Shown here in pieces: positions 20,127 through 30,623 of a stretch of DNA of 64,000 nt. Positions within the stretch are counted from its first letter, which is position 1, and every line of letters starts with the position of its first letter. The position numbers were made by a program, and so were the translations under genes. Location: positions 186,001 through 250,000 of IMG/VR virus record IMGVR_UViG_3300030019_000003. One strand, written 5' to 3'. Under the pieces are notes generated by a model that saw only the letters and a list, made by a program, of their open reading frames with translations, did not search any database and was not told where the DNA came from.

Positions 20127-20154
20127 ACATTAGGCTGGGAAACCAGCCTAATGT
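20127..20154 (+). terminator. GNRA-loop hairpin with T tract
   Basis: ACATTAGGCTGG-gaaa-CCAGCCTAATGT then TTT. Confidence 0.75.
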
Positions 20155-20188
20155 TTTAATGAATATTTTAAATTAAAGGACGGGACGT

Positions 20189-20389
20189 ATGATATCGAAC
20201 TTAAGAGAGTTAAACACCACCAATTTACGTCTAATGGTAAGTGTTTCTAAGAAGACACTTGATGCTGTTGTATCTGGTGATAGAACCGAGGCTTTTAGTC
20301 AACCATCAAACGTGGCTGAACTTGATGCTTTTAATCAACAAGTAGAAGCTATTATTGTAGATAAAATAAGAAATAGATTGAAGGTGTGA
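20189..20389 (+). CDS. Small hypothetical protein
   Basis: AAGGA upstream; TGA overlaps the GTG of the next gene. Confidence 0.5.
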   Translation: MISNLRELNTTNLRLMVSVSKKTLDAVVSGDRTEAFSQPSNVAELDAFNQQVEAIIVDKIRNRLKV

Positions 20390-21690
20390 CCATGGAAGAA
20401 ATTGAAATCTTAGCTAATAAACTAGCTGAAAAAGGCTCTCTATTCGATATTAAATCTAACAGCATTTTTACTGTTAGCCAATTACCTGGTGGCAATGCTG
20501 ACTTAGAAGAAATTGTGGCACAGGTAGGTATCAAACTTAGAAATGAAACAAGCTTATTTAGGATGAAAATAAATCCTTTACTAGGTGAATATGTTTCCGC
20601 TGTCACCGATGAGATCTCACGTTTAAGAGATACCAGTGAAGTCACTAAGTACATTATTAAAGAATGTACTATACCTAGTATAGCAGAAGAACTAAATTCA
20701 AAAGTTAGTTCTAGCTTAAAAGGTAGTATTTCTGCTGTTGGTATTTCATTTAGTATCCCCACTCCTGAGACCATCAAAGACTATTTTAAACCTGTAGGTG
20801 ATCTTAAGATCCCTGCGACAGAGTTCCTAGCAACACTAAGTGTTGATGTGATGATCGAGTTTTGGAATAAGTTTCTAACAAATATAAGTAGCGATAATAC
20901 TAATTACAATATTTTTAAATCAGGATCACCTGTAAACATTACTGATCTATGTTTAAATATTTTAGCTATCACTTTCTTAAGAGAAAATCAGCCATCTTAT
21001 GATACTACGGATAATACAGTTTATCGTAAATTCATGACTGAGACTTTGGAAGAATTAAAAGGCTTCTTAGCGTTTGCCATCACCGTTTATAAAGGCGAGA
21101 TCGATGTTAAGAAAGTAATCTCCGCTATTCCTGATAGATATACCGTTTATGTTAATCCGGCTGTATACGATGAGTTCTTAAAATTGGGTGGTAAGCCTGA
21201 GACTGTTTTAGGTTTCTTACTATCTGAACAAAAAGACAGTGAAAAATACATAGACACATTATTGAATAACGCAGCGATATTAGAAGGTGAGTGGTCTAGA
21301 CGTTATAACCTTTGTAGATTAGAGTCTATTGATCTTAATATCAGAAATCACAAAGCTATTCACAAGCTTTATGTTAATAAATTCTTTAACGAATTGTTAC
21401 CAAAATATCTAGTGGATTACGTACGGTTAACACCTGCTGAATCAGAGAGTAAGATTGATGAATTATTATCAGGTGTTGATAGTGCTACGATCGTTGATGT
21501 TGAAAAGATAAGCAGACTTATTTTTGGTATGGTGTATTTTGCATCTACGAACTATTTTGCATTCACAGAGTATATGCTTAGTTATCTTAAATTGTTTAAA
21601 GACAATGATCTTAAGAAAGCTGCATCTTTTGCTGTGCTTGACATTATTTTAGACTATCTATTCACACAGGTGGATGTTAGAGGTATCTAA
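20386..21690 (+). CDS. Conserved virion protein (phiKZ gp177-like by synteny)
   Basis: Lies between the vRNAP beta and gp176/gp175-like genes; RYTVYVNPAVYDEFLKLGGKPE.V.G motif. Confidence 0.65.
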   Translation: MTMEEIEILANKLAEKGSLFDIKSNSIFTVSQLPGGNADLEEIVAQVGIKLRNETSLFRMKINPLLGEYVSAVTDEISRLRDTSEVTKYIIKECTIPSIAEELNSKVSSSLKGSISAVGISFSIPTPETIKDYFKPVGDLKIPATEFLATLSVDVMIEFWNKFLTNISSDNTNYNIFKSGSPVNITDLCLNILAITFLRENQPSYDTTDNTVYRKFMTETLEELKGFLAFAITVYKGEIDVKKVISAIPDRYTVYVNPAVYDEFLKLGGKPETVLGFLLSEQKDSEKYIDTLLNNAAILEGEWSRRYNLCRLESIDLNIRNHKAIHKLYVNKFFNELLPKYLVDYVRLTPAESESKIDELLSGVDSATIVDVEKISRLIFGMVYFASTNYFAFTEYMLSYLKLFKDNDLKKAASFAVLDIILDYLFTQVDVRGI

Positions 21691-22418
21691 TGGAAGTCAT
21701 TTATCCTGATAAACTAACCAGAAATAGTGAAGCTATTAAAAGTTGTTTTAATATTATAGGGGATGTTACTATAGCAACTAGAGATATTAAGATTGTTTTT
21801 CCTACACGTTATATCAATAGGAATCTAGCGGTACTTGGTAGTACCGTTAAAACATTATCAGTATATGCTATTATCGACGAAGATGATAACTATGATATCT
21901 CAATCGCCCCTATTATTGAGGGGCTATCCCCTTACAGCGTTCATGATGCTGTACTTTATGAATCTGATTATAAGATACTTACCTTTAGAAAAAATGACGT
22001 TGTTATTGCAAATAACAATCTTGTTATGTCAGATGGTTTTCTTTATGAGATGTTTGATGAGTTTTTTATTAAAGGTAACATACCTTTTTTCTTAGACTAC
22101 GACGATGTCGGTAATCTATTTTTAGAGACTATGAAATATGCTAATAGCCGTATTGGTAAGAACATGCTAACTTTTGAATTATTAGCATCTATCATAGCAA
22201 GAGATCCTGATGATAAACGTATCTTTTTTAGGCAGACCCTTAAAACAGTAGAAGATCTTAAAAAGAAACCTGCTTACGTTGGAATCAATAACGTCTTCTA
22301 TAGTTTAAATACAACTGCTGCTAAACTAATAGGTGGGTATTTTAGACAAGGAATTAAAACAGCTCTTGTAGATAATGAGGTAACTACCTCAAAACTTTCA
22401 GAGATATTAAGAAAATAA
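21690..22418 (+). CDS. phiKZ gp176-like protein (probable vRNAP-associated subunit)
   Basis: Directly upstream of the protease; GNIPFFLDYDD, ARDPDD and TTAAKLIGGYF motifs. Confidence 0.7.
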   Translation: MEVIYPDKLTRNSEAIKSCFNIIGDVTIATRDIKIVFPTRYINRNLAVLGSTVKTLSVYAIIDEDDNYDISIAPIIEGLSPYSVHDAVLYESDYKILTFRKNDVVIANNNLVMSDGFLYEMFDEFFIKGNIPFFLDYDDVGNLFLETMKYANSRIGKNMLTFELLASIIARDPDDKRIFFRQTLKTVEDLKKKPAYVGINNVFYSLNTTAAKLIGGYFRQGIKTALVDNEVTTSKLSEILRK

Positions 22419-22431
22419 CCAAGGTGATAAC

Positions 22432-23223
22432 ATGAGTTTACCAAGAATATCATTTACAAATATCGATGTCCTTCCTCAGAACAAGAAACTGGAGAAAGAT
22501 GCTGATGGATATTATAAGATGGACGTTGGAGCATTTAACTGCTTCAACTCTGCTGGAGAATTTTATCTTAAAGACAATATAGAAGAAACGATCAAAGGTA
22601 GTTCGAGTGCATTCATGCGTCGTATTACTTCAGGATACCTTAAAGGTGAAGCAGGGCATCCTGCTTTTGTACCTGGTATGTCTGCCGCTCAGTATTATGC
22701 TAGAAACATGCGTATTGAATTAACAAATGTGTCACACCATATTAAGGCAGTTGATCTTGTTCCCACTGCTACCGATTCAGGATTAGCGGGTAAAGGTAAC
22801 ATTATTAAAGTTGTTGCCTGGTTAAGACCTACTGGAGCTATGGGTGATGGTTTAGCTAAAGATCTTGAAGACCCTAATTGTAATGTTGCTTTTTCTATAC
22901 GTTGCATTACTAATAACCAAATTATTGGTGGTGTAAATCATAAAGCATTAGACACTATTATAACATGGGACTGGGTTTTAGAACCTGGTATTAAATATGC
23001 TAATAAGGCGGATACTTTAAAAAATAGTTTAGGTTTAACTATTGAAAGTTTAGATACACAAACTCTTGATATTAAAGCTTTATTATCCGGTGTTTCACTG
23101 CAGCAGATTTTAGGTGGCGGTAACTTCTCGATTGAAGATAGTGCTTATCTAAATGAAATCACAATGGAACTTAGGGCCAAATACTCTGTAGATCCTGCTT
23201 TTAAACATTTACGTAAATGGTAA
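22432..23223 (+). CDS. Prohead maturation protease (phiKZ gp175-like)
   Basis: YLKGEAGHP (catalytic His), AFSIR (catalytic Ser) and ITWDWVLEPGI; TIE|S and SIE|D possible autocleavage sites. Confidence 0.88.
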   Translation: MSLPRISFTNIDVLPQNKKLEKDADGYYKMDVGAFNCFNSAGEFYLKDNIEETIKGSSSAFMRRITSGYLKGEAGHPAFVPGMSAAQYYARNMRIELTNVSHHIKAVDLVPTATDSGLAGKGNIIKVVAWLRPTGAMGDGLAKDLEDPNCNVAFSIRCITNNQIIGGVNHKALDTIITWDWVLEPGIKYANKADTLKNSLGLTIESLDTQTLDIKALLSGVSLQQILGGGNFSIEDSAYLNEITMELRAKYSVDPAFKHLRKW

Positions 23224-23254
23224 CTAACTTAGGGCTTAAGCCCTAAGTTAGTTA
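23221..23254. terminator. Perfect 34-bp palindrome starting at the stop codon
   Basis: TAACTAACTTAGGGCTT|AAGCCCTAAGTTAGTTA then T7. Confidence 0.85.
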
Positions 23255-23287
23255 TTTTTTTGATTATGAGATTATAAGGAGCTTTAA

Positions 23288-25465
23288 ATGGCTGAAGATA
23301 CAACTGGGTTAGGGATAACTGATTTATACCCAACCTATGATATAAGTTCCGTTATCAAAACAACAACTGATAAAGAAAGTGCTAATAATAACAGTGTTAA
23401 AGTTATTGATAAAGATTGGGTTGATTTTAGATTTTTTATGTCAGATGATCAATTAGAAGATATAGATGCTGTTAATAGGTACTTTACAACAACAGCCTGG
23501 AAATTCTCAGATACAACACTAGGTGGTAATATCGCCATTAATGCCAGACCACAATTTACACGCTATGCTGATATACGTAGTGGAAGTAGGGTTACACGTA
23601 ACGAAGTTACAGTTCCATCTCATGAAGGTAATTACGGTATGGGACGTTACTATTCTGAGGCTATAGATGATAACTTACAATTAATTTATTTTACGTTTGG
23701 TGTAGCTGAATTTAACAGTTTACCTAACTTCTTTACTAGAGCTATAGATTATACCGATAGTGTTGTAGCTAATACAGGTAAGGTTCCTGTTGGTTATATT
23801 GTAGGTCAATTTCTTGGAGATGGTATCATGCTTGCCGCATTCCCTATGATAACCTTATCGATATGGGCATTAAAGTTAGTTTCTAAATTGATATTAGGCA
23901 GTGAAGAATTTAACTTTTACTACATGAAACCCGCCATGCATGCCTATTGGGGTACTGTTAATACATTGGTAACTACATTAGCTACTGAAATGGGCATATT
24001 AATACCAGAGCTAATGAATGACTCTACTGTAGCACAACGTATGGGTTTACCGGTACGATTGAATCAAGAAGATCTAAGTGAGATGCGTAGACAATTTCCA
24101 ATGTTACTAAGTAACAATAACTATATAGATGTTTATGCCATAGCCGCTAGACCACAAATCATTGCTAATCACCAACACTATTATGAACGAGAACTTTATG
24201 ATCAAAATCCTGATGGTGCTTTTAACTTTGTAGGTTATGTTAAAAATGAAAACGCAACATCTTCTCAGAATAGTCCATCAAGTTTAATATCCATGATGAA
24301 TACCGCTATATCCTTTGAAAGAACAGTTGTAAAATTTCAAGATTTTCTAGATAAGATGGTTAAAGGTAGTGAGTTATACGGAGAAAGATTTAACGATACG
24401 TCTACGGCAACTACATCGCAAACAGCCACAACAACATCTGCTGATAGTACAACTACTAAGCCAAACTATACTAAAGATAATGCTGGTACCTATCCTGGTA
24501 AAGATGATCCGGATAGAGAGGGTTACTTAAATAAGTTAACACGAGCTTTAGACTCTAGTATTAGAGATGGTGCTATGCATGCTGTGTTTGCTGTTGACTA
24601 CTCCGGTCCTGTAAGTGAATCTTTTAGTAACTCTACCGGCAATATAGGATTAGCAGATAAGATTAAAAGTGTCGCTACCGCTGCTAGAAATATTAAGTTT
24701 GATCTAGAGGGGGGTAATATTAATGATACTGTAACTGCTGGGCTAGCTACAGTTAAGAATGTTCTTTCTGGTGCATTAGATAGTGTGTCTTTTGGGTTAT
24801 CTGGTGCTATAGCTACAGCTACAGGTAGCGCTTTCGTAGATATACCTAAAAAATGGGAAGATTCAGATATGAGCATGCCGTCAGCATCTTATACGATACA
24901 ATTGATATCACCTTACGGTAATACTATATCTCAGATGCAAAATATTTATATACCACTTTGTATGCTACTAGCAGGGACGTTACCACTATCTGCAGGTATG
25001 AGTTCCTACGCTTCGCCTTATTTATGTTCTGCGTTTTGTAAAGGTGTACAAAATATTAAGATGGGTATGATAACGAGTTTAAGTATTACCAGAGGAACTT
25101 CTAACTTAGGGTTTAGTAAAACACGTAGACCACTTGCTATTGATGTTAGTTTTACAGTTACAGATTTTAGTAATAAAATAACTGCACCAGTATCAAGTAG
25201 TATTTTTAGTTCATTTGGTGTTGCGCTTAATGACAATACTCCTATGGGTAATTATCTAGCGGTACTAGGTTCTAGAGATATTCTAACCAGTAAGTATACT
25301 GTTCCTAAGATTAAATTAAGAGCTTCTAGGTTATTGATGTCTTTTGATCAAATGATATCACCTGCGTCTATGGGTGTTAGAATGGGTGCAGGAGGATTAA
25401 ATAATATCCTAGGTGGTCTTCTTATGGATCATACTGTTAACGTTAACCAGTTAAACAAATACTAA
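23288..25465 (+). CDS. Virion structural protein (phiKZ gp174-like)
   Basis: DTTLGGNIAINARPQFTRYADI, GMGRYYSEAIDDN and SLSITRGTSNLGF; synteny after the protease. Confidence 0.7.
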   Translation: MAEDTTGLGITDLYPTYDISSVIKTTTDKESANNNSVKVIDKDWVDFRFFMSDDQLEDIDAVNRYFTTTAWKFSDTTLGGNIAINARPQFTRYADIRSGSRVTRNEVTVPSHEGNYGMGRYYSEAIDDNLQLIYFTFGVAEFNSLPNFFTRAIDYTDSVVANTGKVPVGYIVGQFLGDGIMLAAFPMITLSIWALKLVSKLILGSEEFNFYYMKPAMHAYWGTVNTLVTTLATEMGILIPELMNDSTVAQRMGLPVRLNQEDLSEMRRQFPMLLSNNNYIDVYAIAARPQIIANHQHYYERELYDQNPDGAFNFVGYVKNENATSSQNSPSSLISMMNTAISFERTVVKFQDFLDKMVKGSELYGERFNDTSTATTSQTATTTSADSTTTKPNYTKDNAGTYPGKDDPDREGYLNKLTRALDSSIRDGAMHAVFAVDYSGPVSESFSNSTGNIGLADKIKSVATAARNIKFDLEGGNINDTVTAGLATVKNVLSGALDSVSFGLSGAIATATGSAFVDIPKKWEDSDMSMPSASYTIQLISPYGNTISQMQNIYIPLCMLLAGTLPLSAGMSSYASPYLCSAFCKGVQNIKMGMITSLSITRGTSNLGFSKTRRPLAIDVSFTVTDFSNKITAPVSSSIFSSFGVALNDNTPMGNYLAVLGSRDILTSKYTVPKIKLRASRLLMSFDQMISPASMGVRMGAGGLNNILGGLLMDHTVNVNQLNKY

Positions 25466-25501
25466 TAACACAGACTAGGACTAATGTCCTAGTCTGTGTT
25501 A
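25466..25501. terminator. Bidirectional hairpin between convergent genes
   Basis: TAACACAGACTAGGAC-taat-GTCCTAGTCTGTGTTA. Confidence 0.8.
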
Positions 25502-25502
25502 C

Positions 25503-26666
25503 TTACGCCACTGCGTTTATTGCGTAGATAGTTTCTGATTCTGAAAGACTGGTATTATAAGTACCAGATGTATCTGTAGAACTTTTACCAGTAACATCTG
25601 TTGCCGATAGGGATGATAATCTTTTATTACCATTAGTTCTATAATAGTTTGTATCTCCTGCAGAGTCTTTATTCCAAGAAGAGTCAACATTGTTTAAACC
25701 TGTAACAACATTCTTATAGTCACCTGTGCCATAGGTAGTGTTAGTGTTTGTTGTGTTATCTAGATTACCTATAACGTTATCTAGACTTGATTTAGTATAA
25801 TTTTGAGATAATGAACCTGAACCTGCTGGATCTGTGCTTACAACTGAATTTAAAACAGAAAGCTTTGTCTCAGTATTATTATCATTTGTCCCACTTAAAG
25901 AATATCCTAAACCACTGTAGATAGTATCTCTACTTGTACCATTTGATAGCATACCATCTATAAAGGTAGATGATGTTGCTGCGCCAGAGCTACTAACATG
26001 ATTAATAACACTCCCTGTTGTAGCTGTTGTAACACTACTATTTGACATAATACCACTAACAGCTTTAGTTAAACAACGTGCTAAACTAGAATTAAGTAAG
26101 TTTGTTAAACCTAGCTTTCTGGATAATGATGAACCTATCTTATTTAAGGCACTTAGGAGGCCACTCAGTACACTTCCTATCAAACAGACAGGTATTGATA
26201 TCAAACCACCTATGGTTGACCCAAATAAGCTTGTAGCTGTAGAGTTAATCATATTCGTAAGACCCATGATACTGGTTGTTGGTAATCTTACACTAACGTT
26301 ATCAAAACTACTTAAGTTATTAACATTTCCTAAAACACCGTCCATACCATTACTACGACGTCCATTACTACATAACGTTGAACCACCATAACCTAAATTT
26401 CTAGAATCACGAGAAGTATAATAGTTACTTCGTTGGTTAGAAGATAGTCCAGAGGTGTTACACGATGTATCAAACATTCCTAAAGATGATGATAAACTTT
26501 GATTACCCATTCTGACATTACTACCAATACCACTCATAATGTCACTACCACTATCGGATAATGAACGAGTATTATTAACAGCATTAGTATCGGATGCTGT
26601 AGAGTAGTTACCGACTGGTATGTCGGTTAGGCTTGATAATGATAGCCTGTCCGTGGATATAGCCAT
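25503..26666 (-). CDS. Ser/Thr/Asn/Gly-rich protein, putative virion component
   Basis: 387-aa low-complexity ORF; AGGAG RBS. Confidence 0.65.
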   Translation of the reverse strand: MAISTDRLSLSSLTDIPVGNYSTASDTNAVNNTRSLSDSGSDIMSGIGSNVRMGNQSLSSSLGMFDTSCNTSGLSSNQRSNYYTSRDSRNLGYGGSTLCSNGRRSNGMDGVLGNVNNLSSFDNVSVRLPTTSIMGLTNMINSTATSLFGSTIGGLISIPVCLIGSVLSGLLSALNKIGSSLSRKLGLTNLLNSSLARCLTKAVSGIMSNSSVTTATTGSVINHVSSSGAATSSTFIDGMLSNGTSRDTIYSGLGYSLSGTNDNNTETKLSVLNSVVSTDPAGSGSLSQNYTKSSLDNVIGNLDNTTNTNTTYGTGDYKNVVTGLNNVDSSWNKDSAGDTNYYRTNGNKRLSSLSATDVTGKSSTDTSGTYNTSLSESETIYAINAVA

Positions 26667-26760
26667 AAGCTCCTCCTGTATATTTATAAATCAAAAAATA
26701 CAGTTTAGACTATTGTATAGACATATATTATTTAAGTATAAACTACTAAAGGAGAATCCT

Positions 26761-27645
26761 ATGGGATTAGCAATTAAGGATATCAACATTACTAGACTGG
26801 CAACACATGATGCAGCCTTTGGTGATGTTATTGAAAAAATAATAATCAGTATTAAGGATACTGATACTAATGTTGTAACAAACTATCCCATTGATGAGAT
26901 GGAGATAGGTACTGATATCATTATAGCCGATGATGTTACTGAAGGGGCTAGAGTTACAGTAATACTTAAAAATGGTAAACCTTCTAACAAGGAACAATCT
27001 ATTAACCATGTTATAGGATTGTTTGTAGGTCGCGAAACAGCATATGTGTGCGTAAAAGCCAAGAATGGGTTTAAGGTTTTTGTAATTGGGTCTATAGAAC
27101 ATCTCGTTGGATTAAGTACAGCTAATAAGGTATTTAAAACTGAACCGCATGTAACATGTAGCTTTGGTTGGTTTCCACTTTATGCTGGTGGTGTCACTAA
27201 GTATTTTAAATCTTTTAGTGCCGGAGCTGACTTCATTGTTTATTACGCTGATAAGGCTGAAACAACCTATGCTGGTAAGAATAACTACGATGAGTATAGC
27301 GATGGAGAAGCACTATTAGCTTTACCATATGGTGTTGTTTATGCTAATAAAGTTTTAGTTCCAGATGTTAAACAAATAGAGGCTACTTTAAGTTACTCTG
27401 GGTTATGTAAAAATAAGCTTATTAATAACGCAGTAACAGTGTTAACAACTGAGATTAATCATAGACCTAATGCTACACTTAAATTGGTAAAGGGCCTTAT
27501 GAATGATGTATTTGTAACTGTTACACCTGAAACTAAAAAAGAGTGCGAAGCATTCCTAGCATTAAAAGAAGCGCAAGGAGGTATTCTATTACAGAATATT
27601 GATTTCGGTGGTGTTCTTGTTTTAAATAAAGAAAAGGGCAACTAA
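26761..27645 (+). CDS. Hypothetical protein
   Basis: Start revised from 26620 to ATG 26761 (AAGGAG upstream). Confidence 0.7.
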   Translation: MGLAIKDINITRLATHDAAFGDVIEKIIISIKDTDTNVVTNYPIDEMEIGTDIIIADDVTEGARVTVILKNGKPSNKEQSINHVIGLFVGRETAYVCVKAKNGFKVFVIGSIEHLVGLSTANKVFKTEPHVTCSFGWFPLYAGGVTKYFKSFSAGADFIVYYADKAETTYAGKNNYDEYSDGEALLALPYGVVYANKVLVPDVKQIEATLSYSGLCKNKLINNAVTVLTTEINHRPNATLKLVKGLMNDVFVTVTPETKKECEAFLALKEAQGGILLQNIDFGGVLVLNKEKGN

Positions 27646-29030
27646 TGAAATATATTAATAACGAAAAACACCAGTTAGTATTAACAATTAACAGTCCGTT
27701 TGACCCATTCCCTTCTACGCTATCCCATCAAAAATTAAATACTATTGTTGATGAGGCTATCTGTTTTGAAGATGTTTTAGTGTCTTTTTACAAGGCTATG
27801 AAACTGCATTCTAAATCTATCGAGTTACTTGGTAAAGCTTATGTTTATAAAAATGAACTTGAAACTGATCCTAGTAAAGATTATATTAAACATATGAAAA
27901 CGTTATCTAAACTTTACACAGAGCTTACACAGTTACTTAAAGAAACCGGTGCCGGTGTGATCAAAGATGTTAAAATCACCACTGAAGATAAAGAAATGAT
28001 ACTAACGATTACATACGAATATTTAGTAGTAACTCTTCTTGATTTTATTAAGAAGGCTGAAAACTTCTTTAGGTCCGCTGGTAATACAAAGCCTATTACA
28101 GGAACACGAGAAACATATCTTAATCTGATTAGGGATGAGTCTTACACGTTTTTATCTGGATTTTCAAATGGTATATTGCACATTAACCCTGATAAAATAC
28201 TTGAAAAGCTACTTATGACTAATGGTAGTAAAATGAATATTAGTACTATCATAGCTACAGCTGCTTTTATTAAATCAAGATATGATATTAGTAAAGTGCT
28301 TCAGGCCTATAATGATGACGGTATCAATACTTCCAGGAACTCTTTACATCTGGTTTTCGGTAAGGTAACCGATGCTTACACACAAGCCTTGAATAACCCT
28401 AAGTATGAACACTATATAAAATTTATTACTCGTAGCAAAAGTGATGAATCCTTCGAATTATCCTATGATGATAAAAGTATGGAAGATGTAAAACTTAATA
28501 TCTCACATCTGATAAATGAACTTGATGTATTCGAGCCAACTGTGAATAATCGTTTTGCAGGTACTGTTATCCTAAATGCCGAGGCTACACTCTATAAGAA
28601 CGAGCACTTGCTCACATCGCTTATAAAATACAAAGATGTAGAACAACACTATGAGAAATATCTTAAGAAGGGTATTGATCCTGAAGGAGATATTGTTACA
28701 TCAGAAGATACTATGTTGCCATCGACATTTATGAATCTTGTACATACTTTGTTAAATATCAATATCGCTACTTTAATTAGTATGGATTTAGAAAAACGTC
28801 TTGATAAGAATAAATCTGAACCTATAGTTTTAAATAGAGATATCCTAACTCCCGAATTCTTAAAAGAGCAGCCTGGTGCATATGAGGATATTGTTCATTA
28901 CAGTCTTATTGTACCAATGTTAGCTAAAGCTACCAAGTTAGGTTATTTTTACAAACGTGTTGTTACTATGATAAATACGCTTACATTGTTAAGAATTATT
29001 CTTGATACTGATAAGCCAATGAGTAACTAG
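27645..29030 (+). CDS. Hypothetical protein
   Basis: 461-aa ORF, TAATG-coupled to the upstream gene. Confidence 0.75.
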   Translation: MKYINNEKHQLVLTINSPFDPFPSTLSHQKLNTIVDEAICFEDVLVSFYKAMKLHSKSIELLGKAYVYKNELETDPSKDYIKHMKTLSKLYTELTQLLKETGAGVIKDVKITTEDKEMILTITYEYLVVTLLDFIKKAENFFRSAGNTKPITGTRETYLNLIRDESYTFLSGFSNGILHINPDKILEKLLMTNGSKMNISTIIATAAFIKSRYDISKVLQAYNDDGINTSRNSLHLVFGKVTDAYTQALNNPKYEHYIKFITRSKSDESFELSYDDKSMEDVKLNISHLINELDVFEPTVNNRFAGTVILNAEATLYKNEHLLTSLIKYKDVEQHYEKYLKKGIDPEGDIVTSEDTMLPSTFMNLVHTLLNINIATLISMDLEKRLDKNKSEPIVLNRDILTPEFLKEQPGAYEDIVHYSLIVPMLAKATKLGYFYKRVVTMINTLTLLRIILDTDKPMSN

Positions 29031-29052
29031 AACAGAGGTTGTGTTAATTGTT

Positions 29053-29085
29053 AATAAATTTTAACACTATATTATTTAGTTAGAG
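29053..29085 (+). promoter_or_regulatory. Putative early promoter, near-identical to the chmA upstream element
   Basis: AATAAATTTTAACACTATATTATTTAGTTAGAG; 30/33 identical to 43372-43404; TATATTA core like phiKZ early promoters. Confidence 0.65.
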
Positions 29086-29124
29086 TGTATACGCTCTAGA
29101 AAAAATCACCGGTGAGGAGAAAAT

Positions 29125-29589
29125 ATGTCAGAAGAGAAAAAACCAGTAGAGATTACGGGTTCGTTTAAAGTTGAAGTTGTCGGTAAAGTAGCGTCAGCTG
29201 TTCTTGATAATCAAGAAGCATTCGTTGAAGCGGCTAAAGGTCAAGGTATTACAAAAGTGGTTCTGGAAGATGTACAACGTTTTCAAAAAGCTTACATTGA
29301 TGCTGCAGGTGAAAAAGCTGTTGAAGAAGGTAAGAAGATTCTTAAAGGTAACAAAGATCTTGATTCTGTTTCACTTCAAGCGCCATATACTACAAATGCA
29401 AATGGCTCTGTAGCGTATACTGTTACTCGTGAGAAAACCTTTACACCTGGATTCGGTTCTGGTGAGCCTGTAACAAAATCAACTATTCGTACCGTTATCA
29501 CTGATCCTTATGCAAAACCAACACAAAAATTTATCAAAGGTTTGGAAGCGATGCTTACAAAAGACCTTCTTGGTATTGATCTAAAATAA
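29125..29589 (+). CDS. Small jumbo-phage protein with HU/IHF-like sequence features
   Basis: GITK helix, then GSVAYTVTREKTFTPGFGSGEPVTK arm and KPTQKFIKGL helix; GAGGAG RBS; fold is inferred. Confidence 0.55.
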   Translation: MSEEKKPVEITGSFKVEVVGKVASAVLDNQEAFVEAAKGQGITKVVLEDVQRFQKAYIDAAGEKAVEEGKKILKGNKDLDSVSLQAPYTTNANGSVAYTVTREKTFTPGFGSGEPVTKSTIRTVITDPYAKPTQKFIKGLEAMLTKDLLGIDLK

Positions 29590-29619
29590 CTGCTGGTGAA
29601 AGTCAAACTGTAAAAAATA

Positions 29620-29653
29620 ACAACTACATATCCAGAAATGGATATGTAGTTGT
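29620..29653. terminator. 15-bp stem, GAAA loop, between convergent genes
   Basis: ACAACTACATATCCA-gaaa-TGGATATGTAGTTGT. Confidence 0.8.
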
Positions 29654-29728
29654 GTGTTTATCTATTTTTTTGCTATCTAGCTGGCTCTAGAATCAACGAT
29701 CCCTATAGCGTAGGTATCATTTATCAAG

Positions 29729-30613
29729 TTAAGCAGAAGGCGTGTCAGAATACCCAACACCTGTTTGTGCGGTAACACTTGAATCAATTGCTGTAGGAAC
29801 AATGATCTTAGTGTCAGGCATATATTTAAGAGTGTTGATCGTTGGAAGAATCGTAGCTGCTAGAGCATGCGTTGCTTCGTTATTAATAGTAATGTTTTTA
29901 AATTCAATACTAATATCTTTAGTATCACCTGCTGAGTGTAAGTCACGTGAACCTGTTCTGTCACCTGCGGTTGAAGGATAGAAGTTAGTAGAATACCAAG
30001 CATCAACAACAACAAGTTGTGTAATATCTGGTTCGATAAACAACATAGTACCCGCATAGAAATCTGGAGTATACGCACCTGTAAATGCACTTGAAAAAGC
30101 ATCTAAGTTTGCTACTAAAGGTTTCTTAGTAAATGGATCCATAATTGTGTAACGAATTACTTTATCCCAGAACTTAACAACAGACTTTAAACTCTTCTCT
30201 TTCCAAGTATAAGTAATACTGGATTGTGAATAGGTACTGTTAGTTGGTTCTGATTGTTGTTCGCCACCACCACCAAATGGATGATCATCAGAATCAACCG
30301 TTAGTGTTGTGTTAAGACCATCAATAGTTTCCATCGCTGTTTCCAACAAATGCTTATACGCTTTAATCCACTCTTCAGAGTTTGGTAAATAAGTAAATGC
30401 TGTTGGAGCTGCAATAAGAATAGGAATAACATTTCTACGTACATACGCTTGATTACTTACATAAACATGAGCGTATTCGCCACCATCCATAGCGCCAAGA
30501 ACAGGCATCTGCCCACTTTGGCCACCACGGGATAAATTCATACTTGCTGTATTGGTATCAGAATAGCCTGTACCCTTAGCTATCAATAAGTCGCTTAATG
30601 TTTTAGTTGCCAT
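29729..30613 (-). CDS. Tail tube protein (phiKZ gp30-like)
   Basis: VSNQAYVRRNVIPILIAAP, TIDGLN.TL and FIEPD motifs; directly downstream of the sheath gene. Confidence 0.85.
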   Translation of the reverse strand: MATKTLSDLLIAKGTGYSDTNTASMNLSRGGQSGQMPVLGAMDGGEYAHVYVSNQAYVRRNVIPILIAAPTAFTYLPNSEEWIKAYKHLLETAMETIDGLNTTLTVDSDDHPFGGGGEQQSEPTNSTYSQSSITYTWKEKSLKSVVKFWDKVIRYTIMDPFTKKPLVANLDAFSSAFTGAYTPDFYAGTMLFIEPDITQLVVVDAWYSTNFYPSTAGDRTGSRDLHSAGDTKDISIEFKNITINNEATHALAATILPTINTLKYMPDTKIIVPTAIDSSVTAQTGVGYSDTPSA

Positions 30614-30623
30614 ATGCTATCCT

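Noticed and set aside
7130-23275. TATG late-promoter motifs before the DNA polymerase and gp174-like genes
   Set aside because: A 4-nt motif is too common in AT-rich DNA to call without TSS data.
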